From: Chrysomallon squamiferum
Taxonomy: Eukaryota; Animalia; Mollusca
Direction of reading: 5' to 3'
Length of the DNA stretch: 64,000 nt
Assembly (NCBI GenBank): GCA_012295275.1
Contig: CM022675.1
Location: forward strand, 15,190,001 to 15,254,000
The translations under genes and the position numbers were made by a program. This document shows positions 14,011 to 27,640 of this stretch, in pieces (the stretch's first letter is position 1; each line of letters starts with the position of its first letter). A model generated the notes under the pieces. The model worked only from the letters and a program-made list of their open reading frames with translations, did no database searches and was not told the DNA's origin.

Positions 14011-16147
14011 GTAAGTACGTATTTAATTTTAACCTCATTTTACTTATGAAGAACAATACTGTTTCTCTTTTCTATGAATAGTGTGCACCCAAAATTAAAC
14101 AAAAGGTAATTAACTTAAGCTATACAAATAACACATTTTATCTTCTTTTTACATTTATTTTTTAAATATTTTTGTGCCAAAGATAGCAAGAATAAGAGTG
14201 ACAGGTATTATTTACTATAATGTGAAATTATCGTCAGTTATTTTATTATTTCTACTTTCTTTAAGCCTGTATTCAGACATTGTATTTTTCAAATTACAAG
14301 AACTGAAAATATAAATTAGTTTCGCGCTTGAACAATAAGATATATTTATAGTTTAAATTATTATTTGCATTAGATATGAAAAGTGTACACGCGGGGTAAT
14401 GGGGAGCACGTGTAGTGTGGCGTCAGGGGAGTTGAAACGTGTCGTGTTGAAATTACATCTTTGAAAATTAATTACTTTCATCAAAGTAAATATAGGAAAG
14501 CTTAAAAAGTCTGATATTTGTTTTGGTTTTTGAATTACCTTTAATTCTTTATGTTTCTAACTTTTCATGATCAGTAAAATTAAGATTGTTTTGTACAAAC
14601 AAAATATTTTAATTAATAATATTATAATTCTAAATATGTAAATTTATATTAACGTTAATAAGAAAGAAAATTTGCATATTTGCAAAACTAATAATAAAAA
14701 GATCGATAAATAAAATTAATTAATTAATATTAGCGACAAATTTAAATAAACTATGTTAAAATGATACAAGGTACAATTGTCATGGAGATTTGAAGTCGAG
14801 CTCGTATTTTCCTATATTTTGCGTGTAGCGATAATTCCAAACATTACTTCAAAAACATCCGACCTTGAATATTTTTAAATTATACTATTCAGTTATTCCT
14901 GATAAAAAACAAAACCTACTGAATTCTCTTCAGCCTTTCTTTAAGCGATTTTATTAAATAAAAAATCTACACTAACAGTTTTAACTTACTGACTTAATTT
15001 TGTGAATATTTTATTTTGCTTCGTAAGGTATCACTTAATTATTAAACACGATTTGTTTCTTTTTAAACATCTGAAAGCTGTCATGGTACATAAATAAAAC
15101 TAGTCTACACAGAGTTACTTCACTAAATTTTCGACTTAGAAAACTACTCGGCTAAAGAAACTCAACAAATTTACGAACAACAATAAATTTTTAGTTTCCC
15201 AACCCCATCCTTCATTTCATCCATACTTTCTTTCGTGAACTAAAAAATAAGTTTTAAACGTGGGTTTTTTTTTTTTCCCTTTATTCCTAATTATAATACA
15301 TTAGACAGTCGCACTCATTCTTGTATTACTGTGACCATATCTATTATAATAAGATAATGCATATTTCATCTGAACTCATTAAAAGGTAAATAACCAGCCG
15401 AAAAAGAATTAATTACATTTTTAATAATAATGTAAATAACAAATGATCGCTAACAAGGCAAAAGGATATGTGTATGTGACATGTTTGTGGGTGAACTTTG
15501 ACTACATTCTTCATGTCTGACAACGCCAGCTTCTCTTACATTGCACTGTCTTACAGGTGCCACGCTAATGAGAATAACACATAAATATTAATATTATTAA
15601 TATTTCTACATATGGTGAAACTCTATTTGACAAAAAACCTTGTAACTAGACATATATTTTTCGATGTATTCTCTTTGCTGTTGGTTTTATGTAACAGCTA
15701 TACAGAGACATAACCAGACTAATTTAGCATCTGCTTGGAGGAAACACAAACTTAACTTTCAAAATAAAACAAGCCGTTATTTAAGAATATGATTAATCGA
15801 TAGAAACATTATATATCCGCATAACAAACTCAGTTTCAGAAAATATTTCTCCAGAGATCTGCTGAATCGAGCTTAAAACTTGAGAAAATCAGTTTGACTT
15901 TGCTAAATCTCTTCAAAAGTTATATATCTAAAGTCGGTTTCACGAAGTGTGAATGTTAGAAACTTGCGTGTGTGTACCAGTGATCACAAACAGGCTGATT
16001 AAACATTACCGTCTCAACTTTTTCTGCAGCTTTCAGTGGTCGATCGTGTGTTTTTTTTTTTTTTTTAAAACACAAATTTTTAGCTTATTTCAGAAATTTG
16101 TTAATTGATGAATGTTGACATCATTGTAATATATGGTCAGTATTTTC

Positions 16148-16179
<32 letters not shown>

Positions 16180-16220
16180 GTTTTGTATTTTTATATTTTT
16201 ATTTATTATTTATTTTGTAT

Positions 16221-16287
<67 letters not shown>

Positions 16288-16319
16288 TTCATTCATTCAT
16301 TTATTATTATCTTGTTTCT

Positions 16320-17000
16320 TAGATTTACTGGAAATCGCAATGCTTACAATAATAAGTAATAAGCGTTCATGGAACTTTTTTATCTCAATTCTTTTAGTGG
16401 AAACTGTATCTGGGCTATCAAATTATTGTTACATTTTAATCATTGATTTATTTTAAGAAGTGTGAAAATGCACCTAACAGATATCTTTATTCAAGATAAG
16501 CTGTTGTATTTGACAATTCTTCTAAATGTAATAAGTATTTAATAGACAGACTGTATTACTATCTAACGATGTCTTTGCCTGATTCATTCACTGTTATTAT
16601 TATAAAGTTTCGAATTTCTGCTCATGCATTGTTGGTTGAAAAAGGTAGAAATCATAATACTGAAACATCAAAACGAAAACTTCAAATGTGTAATATGAAT
16701 GTTTTAGAAGATGAATACCATTTTGTTTTAAAATGTCCTTTGTATAGGAATTTGTTATTCTTACATATTAAAAAGTATTACTAGTACAAACAATTTGTAC
16801 TTAAACTTGTGCAACTGTTGTCAGTTGAAAATAGAAAGGAACTGTATAGTATTGGCGAAAATGTTTTGAACATTCGCTCTCAGTATATATAATCGTCAAT
16901 CCTCCAGTTATTGTTTCTGTTTCTTTATTTCTTTATATATATAAAATGTAACTGATAAACTTTATATACAGACGAACGGCCTAAAACTAATAAACAGTAC
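16320..17000 (+). mobile_element. Non-LTR retrotransposon (RTE-X-like) 3' fragment in the putative luqin intron 1
   Basis: ORF 16569-16784 reads KFRISAHALLVEKGR...MCNMNVLEDEYHFVLKCPLYRNL...IKKYY, the C-terminal zinc-finger signature of LINE ORF2. It is flanked by stops and frameshifts, with AATAAA near 16990. Confidence 0.8.
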
Positions 17001-17659
17001 AATACCTGCTGTAGTGAGTGAAAGACTGAAGTGCTGGAGAGGCCCGGCCATGTTTTAATACGGCCTTGAACATCCATTAATTTAACTTTTGCCTTTTATC
17101 TCATTTTAAGAAATAAACCATCAGCTGAAAATCTATGCTGGCCATGGTGAGATAATAATAAAAATATTACCTTTAAAAAATTCATTTATGTGAACTAACA
17201 TTGAGTAGAGACAATGTTGGGTACGTTCAAAAATATTAAAATCTGAATTATTTTCCGTGTCTAGGACTTTTCGTTTCGTAACAGCTAAATTGTATTAGCA
17301 GTGAATACATTAACACGGTTAACAGTTTTCACGATATTTTTTCATTAAATTGCATTCAAAACAATTAGATTTGAAGATCAGCCGTATTTTTAAAATTATT
17401 ATTTCACTACGATGAGATACTGGTGCAAAACTCGTCTTATATCTGGCTTTTAAATGTAACTGATAAACTTTTTATATTCATGTTACAAATACATACTGAA
17501 ATAAAATAAATGCGCAAAAGTACAGAACTGTACTACATACAAACGTACACGTAAGTGCGCATAAATGTATATTTAAATAATGACAATAATAATCAGAACT
17601 AAAGATTTCGAGCAATTAATGTGATAAAAATACGTTGAAGTCCGAATATGTTTTCTGTA

Positions 17660-17762
<103 letters not shown>

Positions 17763-18139
17763 TTTATGGGGACGGGCTTGTATAGCGTACATCCATGCGT
17801 TCATTTCCCTGCCTGAGTCACGCACTGTTTAGCGGAAACATCGCCAAGTACATCAAGCTATTGTATGTAACATTTTCTTTAATGGACATTACCACTTTTG
17901 TTTTCACAGTGACTGACAGCTTTATTGTCTGACTAGCATTGTCTTTGCTGTTCATTTTAGTACCATTGATCACATTTAATTTTAAATTACTCAAGCGATA
18001 GAAGTGGGTGTTTGATTTCCTAAAGCCGGAATGATGAAACTGTATTTACTGACCGAAACATGATTTACTGATACGCAATGGCTTTTCTTAATTCCTGATA
18101 GTAGTAGCAGTTATAACAGAAGTAACAGTAACTGTAGCT

Positions 18140-18181
<42 letters not shown>

Positions 18182-18831
18182 ATATCAATAACAGTAGTAG
18201 TAGTAGTAGTAATATCAATAACAGTAGCAGTAGGAATAGTTGTAGTAGTATAATAGTTTTAATAATAAAAGTAACAATAAAAGTGGTAGCACTAACAATA
18301 GTAATAGTAAATGGCAGTAATTACAGTTGTAGTTGTAGTAATAGTAGTAGTAATAGTAGCAGTAGTAAACGTATTATTATTAGCAAATTTATTTTTAACT
18401 TAATTTCGATTAAAAAAAAGATTTTTGAATAATATATTTTAATTCATGTGAAATTAACAATAAATCTGGCTACTAATTTTGAGAAGAGGAAATAAAAAGT
18501 AGCCAATAAAAATTACTAAACAGATTACCAAGCTGTTTAAATAAACTTGGACTGTCTGGTTTCTGACGCAAAATCTTCGTGAGAATGCATCTTCAAATGT
18601 AATAAATATTGGCAAACCCCGCACAGAATGAGCAAACAGATTGGATTAGAATGGATGAGGAACTTCAGAAGTTCTTCATGGAACCAATAACTGAACAGTT
18701 TAATAAGTCTTTCAACAGATCACTGACACATATCAAAAATGTGTCAACAACGAATACTTGATATTGCTACAGAATGTAAAATGAATGACCAAAATACGTT
18801 GTTTTACACAAATGTGATACGAGTACAAATG

Positions 18832-19614
18832 TATTTGCTAGTATTCCAGTTTTCGTGCTCAGATATACTGTTTCACAGAATGTTTTGTTATTTGCTAGTA
18901 TTCGTGCTCAGATATACTGTTTCAGCGCGTGACAGAATGTTTTGTTATTTGGTAGTATTCGTGCTCAGATACACTGTTTCACAGAATGTTTTGTTATTTG
19001 CTAGTATTCGTGCTCAGATATACTGTTTCAGCGCGTGACAGAATGTTTCGTTATTTGGTAGTATTCGTGCTCAGATATACTGTTTCACAGAATGTTTTGT
19101 TATTTGGTAGTATTCGTGCTCAGATATACTGTTTCACAGAATGTTTTGTTATTTGCTAGTATTCGTGCTCAGATATACTGTTTCAGCGCGTGACAGAATG
19201 TTTCGTTATTTGGTAGTATTCGTGCTCAGATATACTGTTTCACAGAATGTTTTGTTATTTGGTAGTATTCGTGCTCAGATACACTGTTTCACAGAATGTT
19301 TTGTTATTTGCTAGTATTCGTGCTCAGATACACTGTTTCACATAATGTTTTGTTATTTGCTAGTATTCGTGCTCAGATACACTGTTTCACAGAATGTTTT
19401 GTTATTTGCTAGTATTCGTGCTCAGATATACTGTTTCAGCGCGTGACAGAATGTTTCGTTATTTGCTAGTATTCGTGCTCAGATACACTGTTTCAGCGCG
19501 TGACAGAATGTTTCGTTATTTGGTAGTATTCGTGCTCAGATATACTGTTTCACAGAATGTTTTGTTATTTGCTAGTATTCGTGCTCAGATACACTGTTTC
19601 ACAGAATGTTTTGT
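18832..19614. repeat. Minisatellite, 49-bp unit with 57-bp variant, ~15 copies
   Basis: Unit ACAGAATGTTTTGTTATTTG(C/G)TAGTATTCGTGCTCAGATA(T/C)ACTGTTTC, with an optional AGCGCGTG insertion. Copies are near-identical and the last one runs into the luqin acceptor. Confidence 0.95.
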
Positions 19615-19627
19615 TTGTTTTCAGATT

Positions 19628-22600
19628 ATGAGACTGGCCGCCGTAGTGCTCTGTGTTCTCACCGTCCTAGTTGTTTCCTTGACGACAGGAGATGCTGCTC
19701 CGCAGTGGCGTCCCCAGGGAAGGTTTGGGAAAAGATTCGAACCCGCGATGCCTGTTCTGTTAAATCAGAGTAAGATTCATCTTCTAGGTTTTACTTTTCT
19801 TAACCACGATAAGTTCAGTTTGTTTCAGAGTCATAATGTTTTTTAGTTTTACTAGAAATAACCAGACGAAAATCGTCTTCGGTCGAGATTTCCGGTAGTT
19901 CATTCTAAATGTTCCAATTTGCTAAACACGAACTTAAAGTGTATTTGCCTTCTTTTCCGCCTAATTCAAACGCGAACATCCGTAATGTGTATAATCGATT
20001 TCAAATCACAAGTCATTTGTGTTAGCCTAACCTCAACTCGAGGAGAAGAACTCACTTTAACATTATTTCCCATTTCCTTAGGACAAATTAACAGAAAGAT
20101 GAATGTATGTATATGAAAGAACGAATAAATGTTCGGACGAACGAACAAATGAATGAATGACTATCACATTAGATAAATACAACAGTTTTCAAATAGAATG
20201 TTTAAATAAATCTGTATTGTCACTATTTAGTTATTTTAAAACTGTGTTCCTTTTTATGCAAAAATATGAAAATATATTTTTTTAAATAATAATTATCAAA
20301 ATCACTTTTCAGTGGAAACTAATTAATTCCTATCAGAAATAAATGACTACAAAATGTAATGCAAAAACAATATTCAGAATGCTCATATCAAGATCGCGCT
20401 CTCTGTAAAACAAAAGACTGCGTTCAAAATGAATACAGTAATAGGCAAAGTAGATATAGATAATTGTTTTATCTATTTTATAAAATAGTTTAGCGAAATA
20501 AAAATGCATCCATTATTTTAGCTAAAATATCTTGTATTTTAACCTCATCTCGCGTCAAGTTTTTATGGGGATTAACACTAATAACATTACATTGGATCAA
20601 AAAGGTGGTCTTTCGTGTCTGGAAAAAGCTTTCATACTAAATTACTTTTGAAAATTTGTAAATCAGTATAGTTCTTTAGAGATATATAATGTCCAGTTAA
20701 AACAATGTATAATCCTTGAAATAGTAAATATAGTTTTGAGATATTTATGTTAATTAAATATAAAAAATAAAATAATTAATTATTGTTAATAGCATTATTA
20801 TTATTACTGCTACTAATATTACTGAAAAAACTCATTTATGTTTAGATGCCAGAAGAACCTCTTACCCGAGATCGTATCAAGAAAAGCATGACAAAGTTGA
20901 CCAGTTCAAAGTTCTGCTTCAGAAGTTATGTTCCAAGCCAGAGAAATTCGGCTTCTATCCCTGCTCCGTGTAAGTATTTTTACATTTCAGTTCACAAAGA
21001 ATGATGCTGTTGTTATGAAATGAGAAATAAAAAAAGAATAAAAAAGAGTAAATGGTAATTCTGTTAAGTCGGAGATAAGGGTAATGTCAGATTAGTAATA
21101 ATAGCGACCACAGTATAACATAATTCTACGTTTTGTGGAAATGGTTGTAATGTTACTGGAAATTTGTATTAATCAAACACGCACATCCACACAGTCGCAC
21201 ACACATAATACGACAGTTGTGTAAGAAGTTAGATACAGATACAAAATGAGCTTGTAAAGGAATTAACACAGAAGACATACAAATTATTTTAAATAAAATA
21301 ATATTTATAGACCAACAACTAGTCAGTGACTGGCAGAATGAAATAACTATACACTTAAGAAGTAATATATTATTAAACAGGTTAAAAAAAAGAATTGAAT
21401 AAAAATGAACCTCTGAAAGATTCATTTATGTACATCCTCGAAATAAAGCTATTCCTAAACAACCTTCACTGGACGCTGTATATCTAAGTTGTATAACAAA
21501 GGATTATCCGCTTCTGTTATTTCTAATACCCACATACACCTCTCACACAGACACCTTTCCTGAGAAAAGAACAACAGTGACTATCGCAAAACATTTGAAC
21601 CGTCTTTAATTTCTGTTATTTTATTTATTTATTTATTTATTTATTTCTGTTATTTTTAAAATTAATTTTAATTTCAAATGCACTGTTTGAAAATAAGAAT
21701 ATTTATTTTAAATTACTGGCATCTTGTGCTATAAATCGGGGAAAGTAATGACGTCACATTTACACGAGTGGATAACGATTTGGTAAAGTTGAATAAAACT
21801 GTCACACTGAAAGGTAATTGTCTTATCGCTTGGTCGATCATATTTGAGAACAATTATCTTCACGTTTACACTTGTAAATAGATCTTCTAAACGCGGATGA
21901 TAGTAAAGAAAATCTACACTTGCCTAGGGATGACTTGTTTTCATTAATACGATTAATTTGACGGATTCTTCTGTGGTACTTTCCCTCCCTTAGGATCGGC
22001 AAAAGGAACATCCGTTATAAAGTAATTCAATGCGGCTATCAAATTAGATTTAGCACGTGCCTGTGGTCAGTAGAGTTCATTTTGTTATTCGTTCCGTGTA
22101 GACAGCAAAGCTTTAACAACAAAAAAAAAAAAAAATTAAAAAAATTCTGAGCAAGCTCTGAGACAATATGACTGGTCATGACTAAATGTCATATCCGTCA
22201 GCGCATTTATGACACCTGTCACGTGATGTCTGGTATGTGATTCGAGTGGTAATCTCTTAAGTATAGCAGATGAATAATTTATTAAATTATCTTCCCTGAC
22301 TTTTCCTTTCTCCTGATAGGTTTCACCTCACATATTTTATTTTTATTTTTATTTATAATTTTAACTGTTAGTTTACTCAACGTTTAATGATAACAGATTT
22401 TACTTGCGTGTGTATTAGTGTAACTTTGCGTGTGTGATTAATGTCAGTCGAATGATATTTCATGGTTTAGTTTTAGATTTTACTTTCAAGATTATTATTA
22501 TTAGCAGTAATAGCAGTAGTAGTAAGATGAAGAAGCAAAACAGCAAGAATAAAATAGCAAAAAAATAATAATAAGTTAAGAGTATAACAGAAATTTACGT

Positions 22601-22760
22601 GTGTTTAATATTCGCTACGAACATAACGTCTAATATCAGGTTTGAAAACAAAATTTCCAAATTTTAAGAAATATACATTATCAAAACTTTCTATTTTTCT
22701 TTCAGAAATCAGCAGGAAGGTTCAGATAACTCTCTGCAATATGTGGATCTCAACAGATGA
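19628..22760 (+). CDS. luqin: Luqin (RYamide/luqin-type) neuropeptide precursor; coding exons 19628-19769, 20846-20969, 22706-22760 (~106 aa)
   Basis: Signal peptide MRLAAVVLCVLTVLVVSLTTGDA is followed directly by APQWRPQGRF-G-KR (amidation plus dibasic cleavage). The second coding exon gives KLCSKPEKFGFYPCS, the two-Cys motif characteristic of luqin precursors. Introns are GT-AG with compatible phases (1, 2). AATAAA at 22860-22865. The last exon is the least certain. Confidence 0.93.
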
Positions 22761-23214
22761 ATTTAGCACTTGCTTATTCCATTCAAACGTGGAGTTCTGG
22801 CAGAGGAAAGAAAAGGTTGTTTAACCTTGTGTTTTCAAAACTGATCTACTTAATTTCAAAATAAAACCGTTTACATCTACAAACTCTTTCTATTTATCAA
22901 CATATATACTGAAGAAAAATAAAAAGTTCTAAACCAAATAATATATATTCAATAATATCAGTTTTTGTTCTTATAATTATTAGTGATTGCGCTGACAAAC
23001 GGGAAAATTACAATAAAAACAAAATTCATTTCTGTCGTCGTTCTTGTTTAACTATATATTTTCTCAATGGAATATTAACGCTTTAGAAAAATACAGAAAG
23101 ATTAATTGTCAATAACAAAACATTTTATGTACTAATTATAACCTAATATTTTTTATTGTTGTTGTTGTTATTCTTTTTGTTATCACTATCGTTATCATTA
23201 TTATTATCTTTAAT

Positions 23215-23252
23215 GCTATTATTATTATTATTATTTATTATTTATTATTAAA

Positions 23253-23318
<66 letters not shown>

Positions 23319-23319
23319 T
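23215..23319. repeat. (TAT)n microsatellite
   Basis: Trinucleotide run. Similar runs occur near 50-85, 2103-2136, 5279-5320, 26998-27050, 28805-28889, 37547-37608, 44356-44430 and 51668-51744. Confidence 0.9.
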
Positions 23320-23914
23320 ACAATGAATTTGATTTATTTTAAAAACCTATATTCTACACATTAGTGGTTCACTGACAACACAGTTAAGATAACAGTTAAG
23401 GTATTAAAACATATTCTTGGAATATTTTAAAATGTGCAGTTAAATCGACTGAATTTTCTGTTTAAGTATTTTTGATGCAGTTACACTTTGATCCTTCGGA
23501 TAAGCGGTGCATGATAGAATGGGAATAATTCGAATTAAAATTCTGTTACTAGAAATAAAATTATGCGACTGTATTTACAGACACATTAATGTTAATGATA
23601 ATTCATTTTAGTGGAGCCTTTTACAATATGATCGACAGTACAGGCATATACGTCTATCTTTTATCGATACTATTTTGAAAGAAGAAGAAAAAAGAAAGAA
23701 TGAAGTTGAATTATGGAACTAAAACAAGCCTTCTGCAGTATTATTGATGTTTCTTATTTCCTTACAAAAGTTAAACAATACGTGGTTACATTTTCCATAT
23801 CCGCCAATTCAGTCATCAGAGCGGACTTAGTTAAAAAAGCAATAGTAACCCAGCGAGGAGAATTCTTCCAAGTTGATGTGTTTACAAAGTGTATTTACAC
23901 ATGTTCAACAAAAA

Positions 23915-24241
23915 TAAACTAAATTAAATTAAATTAAACAAAACAAAACAAAACAAAACAAAATAAAATAAAAAAAAAAAAAACAACAATAAAATAAAAT
24001 AAAATAAAATAAAATAAACAAAATAAAATAAAACAAATAAAATAAAGTGAAACAAACAAAACACAATAAAATAAAATAAAAGGAAAGGAAATAAAATAAA
24101 ATAAAATAAAATAAAACAAAACAAAACAAAACAAAACAAAACAAAACAAAACAAAACAAAACAAATCAAAACAAAACAAAACAAATCAAAATAAAATAAA
24201 ATAAAATAAAATAAAATAAAATAAAATAAAATAAAATAAAA
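23915..24241. repeat. Compound (AAAAT)n/(AAAAC)n pentanucleotide microsatellite
   Basis: Directly visible; it explains three overlapping spurious minus-strand ORFs. Confidence 0.95.
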
Positions 24242-24974
24242 AACACTTAACCGTAAAAATATTTCAGAGTTATTCAATCTTCTAAATATGCATTAGATAA
24301 AATTCGAGATATAAAACATATATATATATATATATGTACATACACATATATGTACTGATACTAAGCGTCTAGATTAAAAAACAACATAAATTAACATATT
24401 TAAATGTCACAGGTTAAGCCGATTTGCAAAGACAATAAGATGTTTTTAAATTCCATACATAATAATCTGCTTTGGAAGAAAGAGAAGAGTTGTGCTATAC
24501 TTAATGCTACTACAAAGTTGGCAAAGTTGCATTGCGGTATCCTCCCCAGTGTCATCTATCACACTGTTTAAAAAAATCACAAAGCTTACGGATAACAGCA
24601 CAACTAATTACCTACTTGTTACCTAAGTCTCTTCAGTGGATCAGCATAACAATATGCAACAAGAATATTTTTACATATTTTAAATTTATAAAAGAACATG
24701 TATTATTTAAAGACATTTTTTTCTCTTTTATTAACTAATGACAATCACGTAAAATGAAAATGCATCAATATCGTCGCTAATAGCCTATACACTTTAAAAT
24801 GTGTAAACTAACAAAATCAGTAAAATGATCTACTTCTTTCTTCTTTTTTTTTTGCTTTCATGAATTCCTTAAACTGTCTCAAAACACTGAATTTAATAAT
24901 GTCTTTTGAAGAAAATGGATTGTAGTAAAAATAATAAATGGATGGATATTTACTTAATGATAATTCGGCGCAAG

Positions 24975-26520
24975 TGTGTCTATGATTTGATTTTATACAG
25001 ACGTCTACGACTAATTGTATAAGTGTGCATATGATACGATCGTATACGTGCATCTGTGGTTTGATCGTGTAGGGTGACTCTGATTTTATCGTATACATGT
25101 GTCTATGATTTGATTTTATACAGATGTCTACGACTAATTGTGTAAGTGTGCATATGATACGATCGTATACGCGTCTGTGGTTTGATCGTGTAGGGTGATT
25201 CTGATTTTATCGTATACATGTGTCTATGATTTGATTTTTTTATACAGACGTCTACGACTAATTGTGTATCGATCGTATACGTGCGTCTGTGGTTTGATCG
25301 TGTAGGGTGATTCTGATTTTATCGTATACATGTGTCTATGATTTGATTTTATACAGATGTCTACGACTAATTGTGTAAGTGTGCATATGATACGATCGTA
25401 TACGTGCGTCTGTGGTTTGATCGTGTAGGGTGACTCTGATTTTATCGTATACATGTGTCTATGATTTGATTTTTATACAGAGATGTCTACGACTAATTGT
25501 GTAAGTGTGCATATGATACGATCGTATACGTGCGTCTGTGGTTTGATCGTGTAGGGTGATTCTGATTTTATCGTATACATGTGTCTATGATTTGATTTTA
25601 TACAGATGTCTACGACTAATTGTGTAAGTGTGCATATGATACGATCGTATACGTGCGTCTGTGGTTTGATCGTGTAGGGTGATTCTGATTTTATCGTATA
25701 CATGTGTCTATGATTTGATTTTATACATGTCTACGACTGTGTGCATATGATTTTATCGTCTGATTTTATCGTATACATGTGTCTATGATTTGATTTTATA
25801 CAGATGTCTAACTAATTGTGTAAGTGTGTCTATGATTTGATCATTTGATCGTGTATATTTTATCATATATATGTGTCTATGATTTGATTTTTGATCATTT
25901 ACGTTTATTTTATCGTATATATGTTTCTCGTTTATGATTTGATTGTATAAGTGTGTCTATGATTTGATCGTTTACGTGTGTCTATGGTTCGATCGTTTAC
26001 GTGTGTCTATGGTTCGATCGTTTACGTGTGTCTATGATTTGATCATTTACCTGTGTCTATGATTCGATCGTTTTTCGTGTTTCTATGATTTGATCATTTA
26101 TGTGTGTCTATGATTTCATCGCATATGTGAGTCTATGATTTGACTATGACACTGTGTCTATGATCTTACTGCATAAATGTATATGACTGTGTAAGTGTGT
26201 CTATGATTTAATTATGTAAATGTGTCTATGATATGATTGGGTATGTGTTGTCTGTGATTTGTGTTTATGATTTGGTTCTGTGTATCTTTATGATATGATT
26301 GTGTAAATGTGTCTATGACTGTTATTGCATGCATGTCTATAATTTGATTAGTAAATGCGTATGTATGATTTAATTGATAAATGGATGCCTATGATTTCGT
26401 TTTATAGGGTTTGTGCCTGATTTGATTAGTAAACATGTGTTTCTATGATTAGACTGGTGAACTAGTTATGTTTGACATGATTAGCTGAAGTGTGTCCTGG
26501 ATCTCACTGGTAAACGTGTG
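24975..26520. repeat. Tandem array: ~6 copies of a 123-bp unit followed by decaying ~25-bp monomers
   Basis: The 123-bp period shows as repeated 41-aa translations in ORFs 25224-25454 and 25473-25703. GTGTGTCTATG(A/G)TT(T/C)GATCGTTTAC 25-mers lie at ~25950-26110 and degenerate towards ~26520. Confidence 0.93.
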
Positions 26521-26994
26521 TCTAAATTATCAGTGGTCTAAATATGTATATAATTATTTTAAATGCGTTTGTTATGTAATATTATTGTTATTATTATTAT
26601 CAATATCATCATCATCATCATGTTAATACACTTAAACTCTTCTCATTGTAGCTGCTTTTTTCTGAAACGTAGAATATTCTTGACTGTTGTTGGAAGAATG
26701 TAAATTTCTGTGACAAAACAGGTGGCATCGTTTTGTGAATTTTGTATTTGTTAAAATAAAATAAATTAAAATAAAATTGATTAAATAAATTTACATTGTT
26801 TTCAAAAACATTTGACATTAATTTATAATTAGTAAACAAATGTGAAAAAAAAAAATACTTTTCGTAGTTCATGTCCAGAATGATGTTTTATTCTAAAATA
26901 AAATAAATAAAAATTAAAATAAAATGAAATAATATAAATTTCACAACTGTACACTTTTCTAAATCATTAGTTGTTCAGTTTGTTGTTGTTGTTG

Positions 26995-27050
<56 letters not shown>

Positions 27051-27131
27051 TAAAGACAGAATATGAACGAAAGGAATATTATAATTAAGAAAAAAATAAA
27101 TACATAAGTTGAGAAACATTATTAATAGGTT

Positions 27132-27640
27132 TGACGTCATTATGCATTAACTGTTGTGAAAATTAACAGAAACTGTGATTAAATACTGCTCTATATCCTT
27201 ATGGTGACGTCCACAGTCATCCTGACTTTTCAAGTGGTATGAGCCAATCGGAAATGGTTATAAATGAAACATGTACTCCAGCGAAACTACCACCGGAAGA
27301 AGGATAAAATTAGAGCAATTTTCGCCGTCATGGTTGCAGTGCTATAAAGGTTTTGAATTAACTCCCTTTGCACGAGCTTCCGACAAGCAGTTTTCTCCAC
27401 TGGCATTTCGCAGAAAATTTATTGAATCGGCGTTTGAGGATCTCGCTAAGAGAGAGGTTTAATTGAAAATATCGCGTTTGTTATGATAAGCCCCAAGACT
27501 TCAAAAGACCACCAAACGACTGGACTTGTGCGATTTCGATCCCATCATTGAAATCTGCAGAGTTATGGAGCTTAGCCCAATTACAAGTGATTGTTATAGG
27601 ACACGTGTTTGACTAGAATACGAAAATACGGCTGTGAGTT
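27132..27640 (+). promoter_or_regulatory. Promoter-like, locally GC/CpG-richer segment; possible non-coding first exon (perhaps of the LicD gene)
   Basis: TGACGTCA 27132-27139, a second TGACGT near 27204, CCAAT 27244-27248, TATAAAT 27259-27265 and a donor-like GTGAGT at 27634. The target gene is inferred only. Confidence 0.35.

Noticed and set aside
18832-19614. Regular repeat array superficially like a CRISPR
   Set aside because: Units are contiguous with no unique spacers, there are no cas genes, and the context is a eukaryotic intron.
19394-19627. N-terminal 78 aa of ORF 19394-19846 as part of luqin
   Set aside because: It is translated minisatellite. The signal peptide starts at ATG 19628, right after an acceptor.
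20851-20877. RRTSYPRSY in luqin resembling the pleurin SYPRI core
   Set aside because: A four-residue match with no amidating Gly or downstream cleavage site; probably chance.
24817-25703. Three near-identical minus-strand ORFs (MYTIKSESPYTIKPQ...) as a peptide gene family
   Set aside because: They are a by-product of the 123-bp (41-codon) repeat, broken by indels, with no signal peptide or cleavage sites.
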